DNA from: an uncultured delta proteobacterium
Lineage (GTDB): Bacteria > Desulfobacterota > Binatia > Binatales > Binataceae
Assembly: GCA_963765675.1 (NCBI GenBank)
Contig: CAVXXK010000001.1
Span: 1,888,001 to 1,952,000 of the forward strand
DNA length: 64,000 bases
Direction: 5' to 3'
The translations under genes were made by a program, and so were the position numbers. Positions 49,953 to 58,909 of this stretch are shown here, in pieces. The notes below the pieces were generated by a model. It was given only the letters and a program-made list of their open reading frames with translations. It made no database searches and was not told the DNA's origin. Position 1 is the stretch's first letter. The number at the start of each line of letters is the position of its first letter.

Positions 49953-50378
49953 ATGCCCGAGCAGAAAGAAAAAAAATACGCGAAGCCTCTGCCGCATCTC
50001 GATGAAGAAAACCGCCCGTGGTGGGAAGCGATGAAGCGCCACGAGCTGTATATTCAGAAGTGCCGCGATTGCGGCGATATCCGCTATTATCCGCGCGCGC
50101 TCTGCACGAGCTGCCTGTCGCCGCGCACCGAATGGATTCGCGCCAAGGGGCACGGCAAGGTCTATACCTTCACTACGACCTACCAGAATCAGGCCGCCGG
50201 ATTTCGTGAATCGCTGCCCTATATCATGGCCTACGTTGAGCTAGACGAAGGGCTCAAGATGCTCACCAATCTGGTGGAATGCCGTCCGGAAGAGGTTAAA
50301 ATAGGAATGCCCGTCGAGGTCGTATACGAGGATGTCACCCCCGAGGTGACGCTCGCGAAATTTCGCCCGGCGAGGTAA
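49953..50378 (+). CDS. DUF35 Zn-ribbon/OB-fold protein
   Basis: CRDC...YPR..CTSC and VELDEG motifs. Confidence 0.92.
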   Translation: MPEQKEKKYAKPLPHLDEENRPWWEAMKRHELYIQKCRDCGDIRYYPRALCTSCLSPRTEWIRAKGHGKVYTFTTTYQNQAAGFRESLPYIMAYVELDEGLKMLTNLVECRPEEVKIGMPVEVVYEDVTPEVTLAKFRPAR

Positions 50379-50390
50379 GGAACTAGCCGC

Positions 50391-51074
50391 TTGAGCACAA
50401 CCCTTGATCTGCATTCGCATAGCGATGCGTCCGAAGACAGCCGCGCACCGGTAGAGGCGTACCTCAACTGGATCCGGCTTCGGCGCGCCGAACGTCCGAT
50501 CGACGGAATCGTCCTGACGGAGCATCGCCAGTTCAACCGTGAGGCCGACTATCGCGCGCTCGAAGACCAGTTCGGCGTGATGGTCTTGCGCGCGTCGGAA
50601 GTCGAGACCAACTACGGCCACGTGCTGGTATTTGGCGTCAACGACGACATCCTGGCGCGCTTCGATTTCGCCAATATCCGGCTCGACGCTCAGACGCTCG
50701 TCGACGAAGTCGCGCGGCTCGGCGGAGTCGCGGTGCCGTGTCATCCGGGGCGCCCGAATATCGGGCTCTACGAGCACTACGCGACGCGGCCTCCGTTGGA
50801 AAATCTGGTCGCCGTCGAGGTGCTCAACGGCGGCTCGCGCAAGGGCGAAGACGAGCGCAGCGCGGAGCTGGTCGCGCGTTTCGGCTATCGTGCGGTGGGC
50901 GGATCGGACAGCCATCTGGTGAGCCTGATTGGCCTGTGCGCGACGCGTTTTGCGGCCGAGATTCGATCGATCGACGACCTGGTGCGCGAGCTCAAGACCG
51001 GCGCCTACGAGCCGGTGGATTTTCGTCCCAGGCGCAAACCGGTTGCGCATGCGGTGGCCGAGGAAACGAGATAA
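50391..51074 (+). CDS. PHP-domain metal-dependent phosphoesterase
   Basis: DLHSHS, TEH, GH, HP and GGSDSH motifs. Confidence 0.88.
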   Translation: MSTTLDLHSHSDASEDSRAPVEAYLNWIRLRRAERPIDGIVLTEHRQFNREADYRALEDQFGVMVLRASEVETNYGHVLVFGVNDDILARFDFANIRLDAQTLVDEVARLGGVAVPCHPGRPNIGLYEHYATRPPLENLVAVEVLNGGSRKGEDERSAELVARFGYRAVGGSDSHLVSLIGLCATRFAAEIRSIDDLVRELKTGAYEPVDFRPRRKPVAHAVAEETR

Positions 51075-51080
51075 ATCGCG

Positions 51081-51527
51081 ATGGCTGTGGAATACGATCC
51101 GGCGCTGATCAACAAGGTTTTTGAAATCACCGATCCGGTTGCCGTCACGCGCGAGAAAATCGCGAAGTTCTGCGCCGCGATCGGCGAGACCAATCCGCTC
51201 TACACCGACGACGAAGCGGCGAAGAAAGGCCCCTTCGGCGGGGTAGTCGCACCGCCATCATTCGCCACGATGTTCCGCAACGGACGCCATTTTTTCGAGA
51301 ACGTGCCGCGCTTCGGCCGTCGCGGCTTCGACGCCGGCAAGGACGTTGAATTTGTCGAGCCGATCCGGCCGGGCGACGCAGTCACGCTGAGCTCGGCGGT
51401 CAAGGAAATTTACGAAAAGACCGGACGCACCGGAACGATGGTGTTCGTGGTGATCCGCTCGACGCTTAAAAACCAGAAGGGCGAGGTCGTAGCGCATATC
51501 GACCATCGCTTCATGAACCGCCCGTAG
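51081..51527 (+). CDS. MaoC-like dehydratase, N-terminal type
   Basis: FCAAIGETNPLY, APPSF and PIRPGD motifs. Confidence 0.88.
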   Translation: MAVEYDPALINKVFEITDPVAVTREKIAKFCAAIGETNPLYTDDEAAKKGPFGGVVAPPSFATMFRNGRHFFENVPRFGRRGFDAGKDVEFVEPIRPGDAVTLSSAVKEIYEKTGRTGTMVFVVIRSTLKNQKGEVVAHIDHRFMNRP

Positions 51528-51552
51528 CCATCGGCGCATCGCGACTCGAATC

Positions 51553-51969
51553 ATGAAAAGTTTTGCGGACGTTACAATCGGCGACACGCTCGGACCGTCC
51601 GAGCAATTCGTGAGCAAGGATCAGTGCCGCGCATTCGCACGCGCGGGCGGACTCGAAGCGCCGCGCTTCATGGACGACGAAGGCGCCAAGAAAGAAGGGC
51701 TCCCCGGAATGATCCTGCCCGGCAACATGAGCCTGGGCCTGCTCTCGAAATTCGTGACCGACTGGATCGGCACCGAAGGCGGTGCCCGCCTCATCCGGAT
51801 AAGCACGACCTACCGCGTGCCGGTGCAGCCCGACCACACGTTAACGCTGAACGGGTTCGTAACCCACTCGACGCCAGCGGAACGGACAGCGGAAATCGAC
51901 GTCTGGATAGAAAACGAAGAAGCCGACCGACTCGTAACCGGCACCGCCACCGTCCAGTTCGACCAGTAG
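51553..51969 (+). CDS. MaoC/hotdog-fold dehydratase subunit
   Basis: AKKEGLPGMILPG and PV.P...L pattern. Confidence 0.8.
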   Translation: MKSFADVTIGDTLGPSEQFVSKDQCRAFARAGGLEAPRFMDDEGAKKEGLPGMILPGNMSLGLLSKFVTDWIGTEGGARLIRISTTYRVPVQPDHTLTLNGFVTHSTPAERTAEIDVWIENEEADRLVTGTATVQFDQ

Positions 51970-52137
51970 ACGCTCGCCTCACGAATGAGATCTGCGCCAA
52001 TTGAAATAGAACCTTATTTTGTAATTGAAAATATGCCGAAATTGCTTAACTTTTTTAAATCATAGTGTTTTCTGTCGTAGCATTTCTAGCCTTGGAGTGA
52101 GAAGATCAAAGGGTCGCCGATCAATGGAGGGGGAGAA

Positions 52138-52347
52138 ATGGAAGACGCAAAACTAAATGTCGAGAAGAAGGTTGCGGCAGATTTTCGAGACATGGAGAAG
52201 GCGCTCGAGGCGCGCAATCCAGGCGTGTTGGAACTGCTACGAGTCTATGGAGGCTATGAGGCGGCAATCGTTCAAGCCGAATCTTACCTGGGATTGATAG
52301 ATCTCGTGCCGCTCGTGGTGTCTTCGTCAACTGATTCCAATTCTTAA
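52138..52347 (+). CDS. Small hypothetical protein (69 aa)
   Basis: Strong RBS GGAGGGGGAG. Lies directly upstream of the protease gene. Confidence 0.65.
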   Translation: MEDAKLNVEKKVAADFRDMEKALEARNPGVLELLRVYGGYEAAIVQAESYLGLIDLVPLVVSSSTDSNS

Positions 52348-52375
52348 GCGCCTCGCTCAATGGAAAGGGGAATAA

Positions 52376-53413
52376 ATGCCAACATGGGGGGAAGTGTTAA
52401 AGGAGCTTCAGCAGGTCAGCCAAGCAAATCAAGCACAGAAGCGGCCCGGGAGCAGTGTTCAGTCACCTTTTGACGTCGTTCGACGGAAATACCTAGAACG
52501 CGTATCTTCCATTACGGGGCGTCCAGTAATTCTGTACGCAACCGCTTGGACACAGGGAAAGGCGGGGACATTAGATCCCGACCTCGTGAGTATCGTCGCC
52601 GAGGATATCCAAGGACTGATGGAAGTTATGCATGGTGTCGCGGGAGGCAAGCTTGATATCATTCTGCATTCGCCGGGAGGGTCTCCTGAGGCGGCGGAAT
52701 CAATCGTCTCGTATCTTCGATCAAAATTTACGGATGTGAGAATTTTCGTCCCGCATGCCGCGATGTCAGCAGCGACGATGTTGGCGTGCTCCGCAAATCG
52801 GATCGTCATGGGGAAGCATTCATATCTCGGCCCAATAGATCCTCAATTCATCATTCAGACCGAGCTCGGCCGCCGCATGGTTCCGGCACATGCCATACTT
52901 GAGCAGTTCGAGCTCGCGAAGAAGGAATGCGCAGCCAGTCAATCAGCTTTGCCCGCGTGGCTTCCCATGCTCAGGCAATACGGCCCGGCGTTATTGGTTC
53001 AATGCACGCTGGCTCGCAAGCTCGCGGAATCGCTCGTGTCGCAATGGCTTGAAAAGTACATGAGGACGGAACCCGACGGAGTGAATATCTCAGGGCCTGC
53101 GATCGCGGCCCAGCTTGCGGACCATTCTAAGTTCATGAGCCACTCGCGATTCATCGACCGAGCTGACGCGAAGAACCTTGGACTGTTAGTGATGGACCTT
53201 GAAGCCGATCAATTCTTGCAGGACGCTGTTCTCAGCGTATTTCACGCCGCCTCTCATACCTTTAATGGAACTCCATGCGTGAAGATCATCGAGAACCATC
53301 TCGGGAAGGCGTTCATCAAACAACAGCAGATCCTAACAATTCAGCAGCAGCAAGTTGTTGCACCCCTTCCGGCGAGTCCGGTTCCTCCATCAGTGCCGCC
53401 TACGCGGCCCTGA
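52376..53413 (+). CDS. SDH_sah/ClpP-class (S49-like) serine protease
   Basis: LHSPGG, AMSAATM, LGPIDPQ and SH.R.I motifs. Confidence 0.85.
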   Translation: MPTWGEVLKELQQVSQANQAQKRPGSSVQSPFDVVRRKYLERVSSITGRPVILYATAWTQGKAGTLDPDLVSIVAEDIQGLMEVMHGVAGGKLDIILHSPGGSPEAAESIVSYLRSKFTDVRIFVPHAAMSAATMLACSANRIVMGKHSYLGPIDPQFIIQTELGRRMVPAHAILEQFELAKKECAASQSALPAWLPMLRQYGPALLVQCTLARKLAESLVSQWLEKYMRTEPDGVNISGPAIAAQLADHSKFMSHSRFIDRADAKNLGLLVMDLEADQFLQDAVLSVFHAASHTFNGTPCVKIIENHLGKAFIKQQQILTIQQQQVVAPLPASPVPPSVPPTRP

Positions 53414-53479
53414 TCCATAGTTCTGGTACGGAGTGGCTGCTCACGAACCTTGGCGCGAAAGGAATGGAACCGCAGTGAT

Positions 53480-53544
53480 CCCGGAATGATTCTGCCGCGC
53501 AACATGAAGCTGGGGCTGCTCTCGAAATTCGTGACCGACTGGAT
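53480..53544 (+). pseudogene. Degenerate duplicate of an internal segment of the MaoC gene
   Basis: 59/65 identical to 51703-51767, with the last 29 bp identical. Confidence 0.85.
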
Positions 53545-53654
53545 GCCGAAAAGCGGAACCCATTGGTGGGGCGCGCCTGCGGCGCACCCGTCTCCCACGG
53601 GCGAGACGCCCGCGCCATTATTTCCCGTGCCTTGATCTGGTTATTCACTGCCAG

Positions 53655-53707
53655 GTTGGTTGCACTAATCGCTTCGCGGAGATCCTTCACCTGCGGCTCA
53701 GGATGAC
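53655..53707 (-). repeat. Family A variant, left arm of a 53-bp inverted repeat
   Basis: 51/53 complementary to 55041-55093. Confidence 0.92.
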
Positions 53708-53774
53708 TAGACGGAGGGTTTGCGAGAAAATCGAGAGCCGTCTTCGAGTCGCGCGAAATTGCCGGCCGCGCAGG

Positions 53775-54911
53775 TCACAGCGCGCGGAGTTCGGAGGAGA
53801 TATCGCGGCGCATCGCGAGGATCGCGGGCACCATCGCGCTGAGCAGTCCGATCGCGGCGGCGATTAGAAAGCTCTCGACCGCGACGATCGGTACCAGCCG
53901 CAGGATTTGTGCGAACGGGCCCAGCACCGCGCCCGCGTACGGAACCAATGCCAGCGCGACGTACGCCAACGCGCATCCCAGCGCGCCGCCGGCGCATCCG
54001 ATGAGCGCGCCTTCGCCGAGCAGCATCACCATGATGATTCGCGAGGTGAACCCGAGCGAGCGCATCACCGCCAGCTCGCTTTTGCGCTCGCGCACCGCCA
54101 TCGCGGCCGTGTTCGCGGCGACCATCCCGATCACGACGACGACGATGAATGCCAGAATCTTTACTCCGTCGAACAGCAGCCGAAACATCCGGAGCTGATT
54201 GAGCGCGAGCGTGATCTCGGATTCGGTGGTGGTCTCGAAGGCGGAATTGGCGAAGCGGGAATCGACCTCGTTGATAACCGCGGGAATCGAGTCCGAACTA
54301 TCCACTTTGATGAAATAGAGAATGACCTGGCCGTGCACCGGCGAGGCTTGGTCAACAAAGTCGCGCCGCATGATGAGCGCATTGCCGGGACCCTTGCGGC
54401 CCAGCGCTCCGAGAATCTTGACCTCGAGCTTTCCCTCAACGCCGCTCAGCGTAATCGTGTCGCCGACTCTCCATCCAAAGCGCTTCATCATCGCGCGGTT
54501 GGCGATTCCTCCGGAGCGCACCTGCTGCAACTGCTCGACGACCGACCGCGAGACGCCCCAGTCGGGCCAGATCTCGCGGATCACATCCGGATCGACTCCC
54601 ACGCCCGCGATCAGATCTGTCGTCTTGCCGTAGTTGCCGACCCATACCGCGTAACCGCTGACCGCCATGACATGCGGCATCGCACGGATGGTTGGCTCGT
54701 ACGCGGCGGGAAGGGCGTAAAAGAATCCGGCCTTGTTGTGGACGATCACGCGCAGGTCGCTCGCTGAATCGTGCAGGATCTGATCGACCACCGCGGGCAG
54801 GCTGATGAGCGCGGCGAAGATAAAGATCGACACGCCGATCGAGAGCACGGTCAAAAGTGTGCGCCGCCGATTGCGCAGCAGGTTGCGGAAGATCAGGGGA
54901 AGATATTTCAT
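53775..54911 (-). CDS. FtsX/MacB-like ABC transporter permease
   Basis: RNLLRNRRRTLLT and AVRER..ELAVMRSLGF motifs. Confidence 0.9.
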   Translation of the reverse strand: MKYLPLIFRNLLRNRRRTLLTVLSIGVSIFIFAALISLPAVVDQILHDSASDLRVIVHNKAGFFYALPAAYEPTIRAMPHVMAVSGYAVWVGNYGKTTDLIAGVGVDPDVIREIWPDWGVSRSVVEQLQQVRSGGIANRAMMKRFGWRVGDTITLSGVEGKLEVKILGALGRKGPGNALIMRRDFVDQASPVHGQVILYFIKVDSSDSIPAVINEVDSRFANSAFETTTESEITLALNQLRMFRLLFDGVKILAFIVVVVIGMVAANTAAMAVRERKSELAVMRSLGFTSRIIMVMLLGEGALIGCAGGALGCALAYVALALVPYAGAVLGPFAQILRLVPIVAVESFLIAAAIGLLSAMVPAILAMRRDISSELRAL

Positions 54912-54938
54912 CGGTGGCGCACGATGCGGCGGAGCAGC

Positions 54939-55015
54939 ACCCTCACCCACGCGTCACGGCGATTGCAAAAAAGAGCAATCGCCGCGCCGCGTCGCCCTCT
55001 CCCGGAGGGAGAGGG
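54939..55015. repeat. Family B palindromic repeat
   Basis: ACCCTCACCC, hairpin GGCGATTGC...GCAATCGCC, then CCCTCTCCcggaGGGAGAGGG. Confidence 0.75.
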
Positions 55016-55040
55016 TATTTCTGGTAACTCCTCAGTTGGT

Positions 55041-55093
55041 GTCATCCTAAGCCGCAGGCGAAGGATCTCCGCGAAGCGATTAGTGCAACCAAC
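55041..55093 (+). repeat. Family A variant, right arm of the 53-bp inverted repeat
   Basis: gtcatcctaagccgcaggcgaaggatctccgcgaagcgattagtgcaaccaac. Confidence 0.92.
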
Positions 55094-55133
55094 GCGGGTT
55101 CTCCGCACTAATTGCCAGCTCGTGCGGATGTCC

Positions 55134-55682
55134 CTACAGCAAGGCGCCGCGGAAGGGTTCGTCGCGCGGGGGCGGATATTGCAGCAGGTTGATTGCCCAC
55201 CTGCGCGCTTGATGCAACGCGTCCTCAGCGCGGCGGAACGTGCGCTCCCGGTACATCACGCTCCACACGTACGCGTCGACCGACGGCTCGTCGCCCAGCG
55301 TCACATCGAGCATCCAGTCTTCGAGCCCGGGCCCGCAGATCAGAAGCCGCACCAGGCGGCCGTGGTCGAGGATTATTCCGCGCGCCTCGCGCGGGAGACG
55401 GAACTCGTCCTTGACGCGCTTGACCAGATGCGGCGGGTAATGCTCTTCCGTCATCGCGACGTAAACCCATTCGCCTTGCGCGGGATTGGCTTGGCGCGCG
55501 ATGCGCAAATTGTTGTCGGTGAGGTCGTCCTTGGCGCGATCCTGATCGTAATCGCGCGCGACCTGGTAAAACGCCATCGCGACCGGCAGCTCCGGCATCT
55601 CGATCTCGGATTTTGCCTGCTTGGGTTTTTTGAAGGTGGTTTCGACCCACCAACGATTCTCGACGTTGGGTTTGTTCGCCAT
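55134..55682 (-). CDS. Hypothetical protein
   Basis: 182-aa ORF with genome-like codon usage. No recognised family. Confidence 0.65.
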   Translation of the reverse strand: MANKPNVENRWWVETTFKKPKQAKSEIEMPELPVAMAFYQVARDYDQDRAKDDLTDNNLRIARQANPAQGEWVYVAMTEEHYPPHLVKRVKDEFRLPREARGIILDHGRLVRLLICGPGLEDWMLDVTLGDEPSVDAYVWSVMYRERTFRRAEDALHQARRWAINLLQYPPPRDEPFRGALL

Positions 55683-55694
55683 CGCGAATTGATT

Positions 55695-56171
55695 CTACGC
55701 CGCTTTCATGCGCCGTGCTCGCCGTGCCGACGCCGCTCGCGACGTATTAGCGGTGCGTGTCCGCCGCTTGCGCGATCCGCGGGCCGGTGCGCGGCGCGCC
55801 TTGCGCGCGGTCCGCAGTCCGGTAACCATCCGGCGCATGAAGGCGTCGGCCTTGCGCTCGGCGTCGGTCCAGAACAGGTAATGACCCATCTCGTGATAGA
55901 TCATCTGCACCCACATCCGCTCGCTGTTATGGATTCGGCCGCGTTTCCAGTTTTCCGGATGCACCAGATGAATCCGGCCGTCCTCATAAGTTTTGCCGGC
56001 GGCCCTGCCCCAATCGATATACTCGAACCACGAAATTCGCGGACGCCGCACCGCGAAGTAGCGGCACAGGCGCGCGACGGCGCGGTTGAACGACGCCTTG
56101 CGATGCGTGTGGAAGAACTCGACCAGTTCACGGTCGATTGAGCGCCGATGAATTTTCGGCGGGACCATCAT
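55695..56171 (-). CDS. Small HExxH metallopeptidase-like protein with basic tail
   Basis: YHEMGH....E..AD motif and Arg/Ala-rich C-terminus. Confidence 0.65.
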   Translation of the reverse strand: MMVPPKIHRRSIDRELVEFFHTHRKASFNRAVARLCRYFAVRRPRISWFEYIDWGRAAGKTYEDGRIHLVHPENWKRGRIHNSERMWVQMIYHEMGHYLFWTDAERKADAFMRRMVTGLRTARKARRAPARGSRKRRTRTANTSRAASARRARRMKAA

Positions 56172-56330
56172 TCGCACGGCCGGACCTCCGGGAAGCGAGA
56201 GGGAAGTGTCCAAATCATACGAAGCGCGCGCGCGGACAGTCAACGCGGGAACCAAAAATAGCCTAAGTAGCTGAAATCGCTCGAGTATTTCTCAGATGCA
56301 CCCACGGCCGCGAGGATCGCGGCGCGGCTT

Positions 56331-57547
56331 TTAGACGATCGCACCGGACTCCTTGAGCCGCGCGATCTCGCTCCCACGTCAGGCCGACCTCGAGCGCGAC
56401 TTCCTCGGTATGCGCGCCGAGCTCGGGAGCCGCGCGATGCGCTCGCGGAGCTACGTCGCCGAAATGCACAGGACTGTTCACGATTCGAGCGCCGGGAAAC
56501 GCGGGGTGATCGACTTCGGCGAACGCGCCGATCGCATGCGCCTGCGGATCGCGCAGAACTTCGGCCCCGGTATGAACGGGCGCCCAGATGAGCTCGTGAC
56601 GATCGAAAATCGGCGCCCATTCGTCGCGAGTGCGCGTGGCGACGGCCGCGTCGATCTCGGCGGTCATCGCTGGCGCAGTTCTGTGCGCGCGCCGAACCGT
56701 CGGCGAAGCGCGGATCATTCTTCCATTCGGGATGGCCCAGCGCGGCGCAGAACTGCGCCCAGAAGCGGTCGGCCTGGATCAGCACGAAGTAGATCCACTT
56801 CCCGTCCTTGCACGCATACGAGCTCCACAGCGGATTGATCCGCTGGTCGCGGCTCTCGCTCGCGGGACTCGTGCCGGTCATCAGGCCGACGGTCAGGTCG
56901 CTCGCGTTCATCCACAGGCCCATCGAGAACAGCGAGATTCGCACCTCGCGGCCGCGGCCGGTGCGGGTGCGCGCGAGTAGCGCCGCCGAGATCGCGCCGG
57001 CAAGTCCGAGCCCGACCGCGTGATCGATCATCGCGGGACGCTGCGCCGGTGGCGGCGCACCCGGCTCCTGGATCGTCGCCATCAGGCCCGAGCGCGCCCA
57101 CGCTGCCGCGTAGTCGTACGCGGGGCGATCGCGGTCGGGTCCGCGATGCCCGTAGCCGTTGAGCGAGGCGTAGATCAGGCGCGGGTTGCGCGCGGCGAGC
57201 GCCTCGTAGCCGAGCTTCATCCGCTCCAGCGCTTCCAGGCGCAGGCTGGTGACGAACACGTCGGCGCGGTCGATTATCTTGAGTGCGAACTCGAGCCCGT
57301 CGGGTTTGCGCACGTCGACCGCAACCGAACGCTTGTTGCGGTTCTCGAGCTCGTAGGGCGGACGCACGCGGAGCTTGGGATCGTTCATCGCGCGGCTGGT
57401 TGCTCCGCGAATCGGATCGCCGCCGTCTGGGTTCTCGAGCTTGATCGCGTCCGCGCCCCAATCGGCCAGCACCGCGGCGGTCGACGGTCCCGCGACCCAC
57501 ATCGCAAGCTCCACGACCTTGATACCGGAAAGAGGACGATCGTCCAT
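56331..57547 (-). pseudogene. CoA-transferase family III with two apparent +1 frameshifts (about 56671 and 56374)
   Basis: WGADAIKLE and NRNKRS motifs. Removing single bases restores AMTAEID...APELGAHTEEV and WSEIARLKESGAIV*. Confidence 0.85.
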
Positions 57548-57674
57548 CGCGCCAACTACCTCTCGCGTAGATCACCGTCACGCGAATTTTCGCGTGCGAA
57601 AAAAATGAAATCGCTGGCCGAATTGCTAGCAGGTATTCGCCCGGGATTGAAAGCGTCGCGCGCGATCAGCGCGC

Positions 57675-58133
57675 TTATCTGCCTTGCCGCAGCGGACGGA
57701 TTCGCGCCTTGCGCCGGCGCCTGACGCGATTGACGGTCAAGCGCTGCACGCGGCTGGCTTCCTTGAGCCGCAATCTGAGCGGCGCCACGCGAGCGGCGTT
57801 GCTGTCGCCGGAGACGAGCGCGCGCAGGCGCCATCTTAGAGCCTCGGCGTCGATCCCGAGCGCGTCGCACACGTTCTCGAACGCGAGCGGACACTTCGCG
57901 CCCTGCGCAAAGATCCAGCTCCACGCCTCGGCGAACGGGCCGCGCTTGCGCGCGGATTCCGAATGATGGAAATCCTGCACGATATTGATCGCATCGGCCA
58001 GCACCGCCAGCATCAGGCGCTGTTCGCTCGAAAGCGATCGCGTACCAATCAGTTCGAAGAATTGGCTGCGCAGAATTACGTCGGGGAAAGGGCGCGCATC
58101 GGCGCGTGGCATCGAGGTTTCGGACGGGAGCAT
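57675..58133 (-). CDS. Conserved-looking hypothetical protein
   Basis: EQRLMLAVLADAI...FENVCDALGID pattern. GGAGG/AAGGAAG upstream. Confidence 0.7.
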   Translation of the reverse strand: MLPSETSMPRADARPFPDVILRSQFFELIGTRSLSSEQRLMLAVLADAINIVQDFHHSESARKRGPFAEAWSWIFAQGAKCPLAFENVCDALGIDAEALRWRLRALVSGDSNAARVAPLRLRLKEASRVQRLTVNRVRRRRKARIRPLRQGR

Positions 58134-58532
58134 CTTCCTTCGACCTCCGCCGCGAAACCTTCAAAACTATCCGGAGCTTCGCGGCATATTCTCAAACACA
58201 GTCACAGACATCCTAATCCTGCCACTCGCCCGCGCTTATCCTGCTGGACGGCAAGACGAAGTTAGAGCGATCGTAATCGGCATGCAAGCGAAATCGTGAT
58301 CGCATCCGACGACGCAAAATCCACTGCATAAGTAGCGTTACCATAGCCAATCTTTAAGATAAGTTAGCTTTAATGAATTGAGCGCTGAGGCGCGGTCGCC
58401 GATGCGCCCTTCGAAGCGTTTCTGCTATACTCCGATGAGTCAGCGCGCCGCGGCGAGCGACGCCAACTCAACAACTCTCGCTTTTCCTTACGGGCGCGGG
58501 CCGCCCGTCATAACGGCCCGGGAGAATCGACG

Positions 58533-58865
58533 ATGGCTGATTTTTATAGCAAGGAAACTTCCAAGCATCTGCGCAAACTCCGGCAAATGGCGCCCGACAT
58601 GTTCAAGGGCTTCCTCGACTTCGACCAGGTCGTTTTCAAAGACGGCGCGATCCCTTCGAAAACCAAGGAGCTGATGGCGATAACCGCGGCGCATGTCACG
58701 CAGTGCCCGTGGTGTATCGAGGCGCACGTCACGCGCGCGAAAGAGAAGGGATGCACCGACGAGGAAATCGCCGAGGCGGTGTGGGTGGCGGCTGCGATGC
58801 GCGCGGGAGCGGCGTTCAGCCACGGCGCGATCGCGATGTCGGTAACCGAAGAACACAAGCATTAG
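58533..58865 (+). CDS. Carboxymuconolactone decarboxylase/AhpD-like protein
   Basis: KTKELMAI and CPWCI..H motifs. Confidence 0.9.
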   Translation: MADFYSKETSKHLRKLRQMAPDMFKGFLDFDQVVFKDGAIPSKTKELMAITAAHVTQCPWCIEAHVTRAKEKGCTDEEIAEAVWVAAAMRAGAAFSHGAIAMSVTEEHKH

Positions 58866-58909
58866 ACGCGGCCGTCGCGCCGAGCGGAATTTTCAGGCAG
58901 CATTATCGA

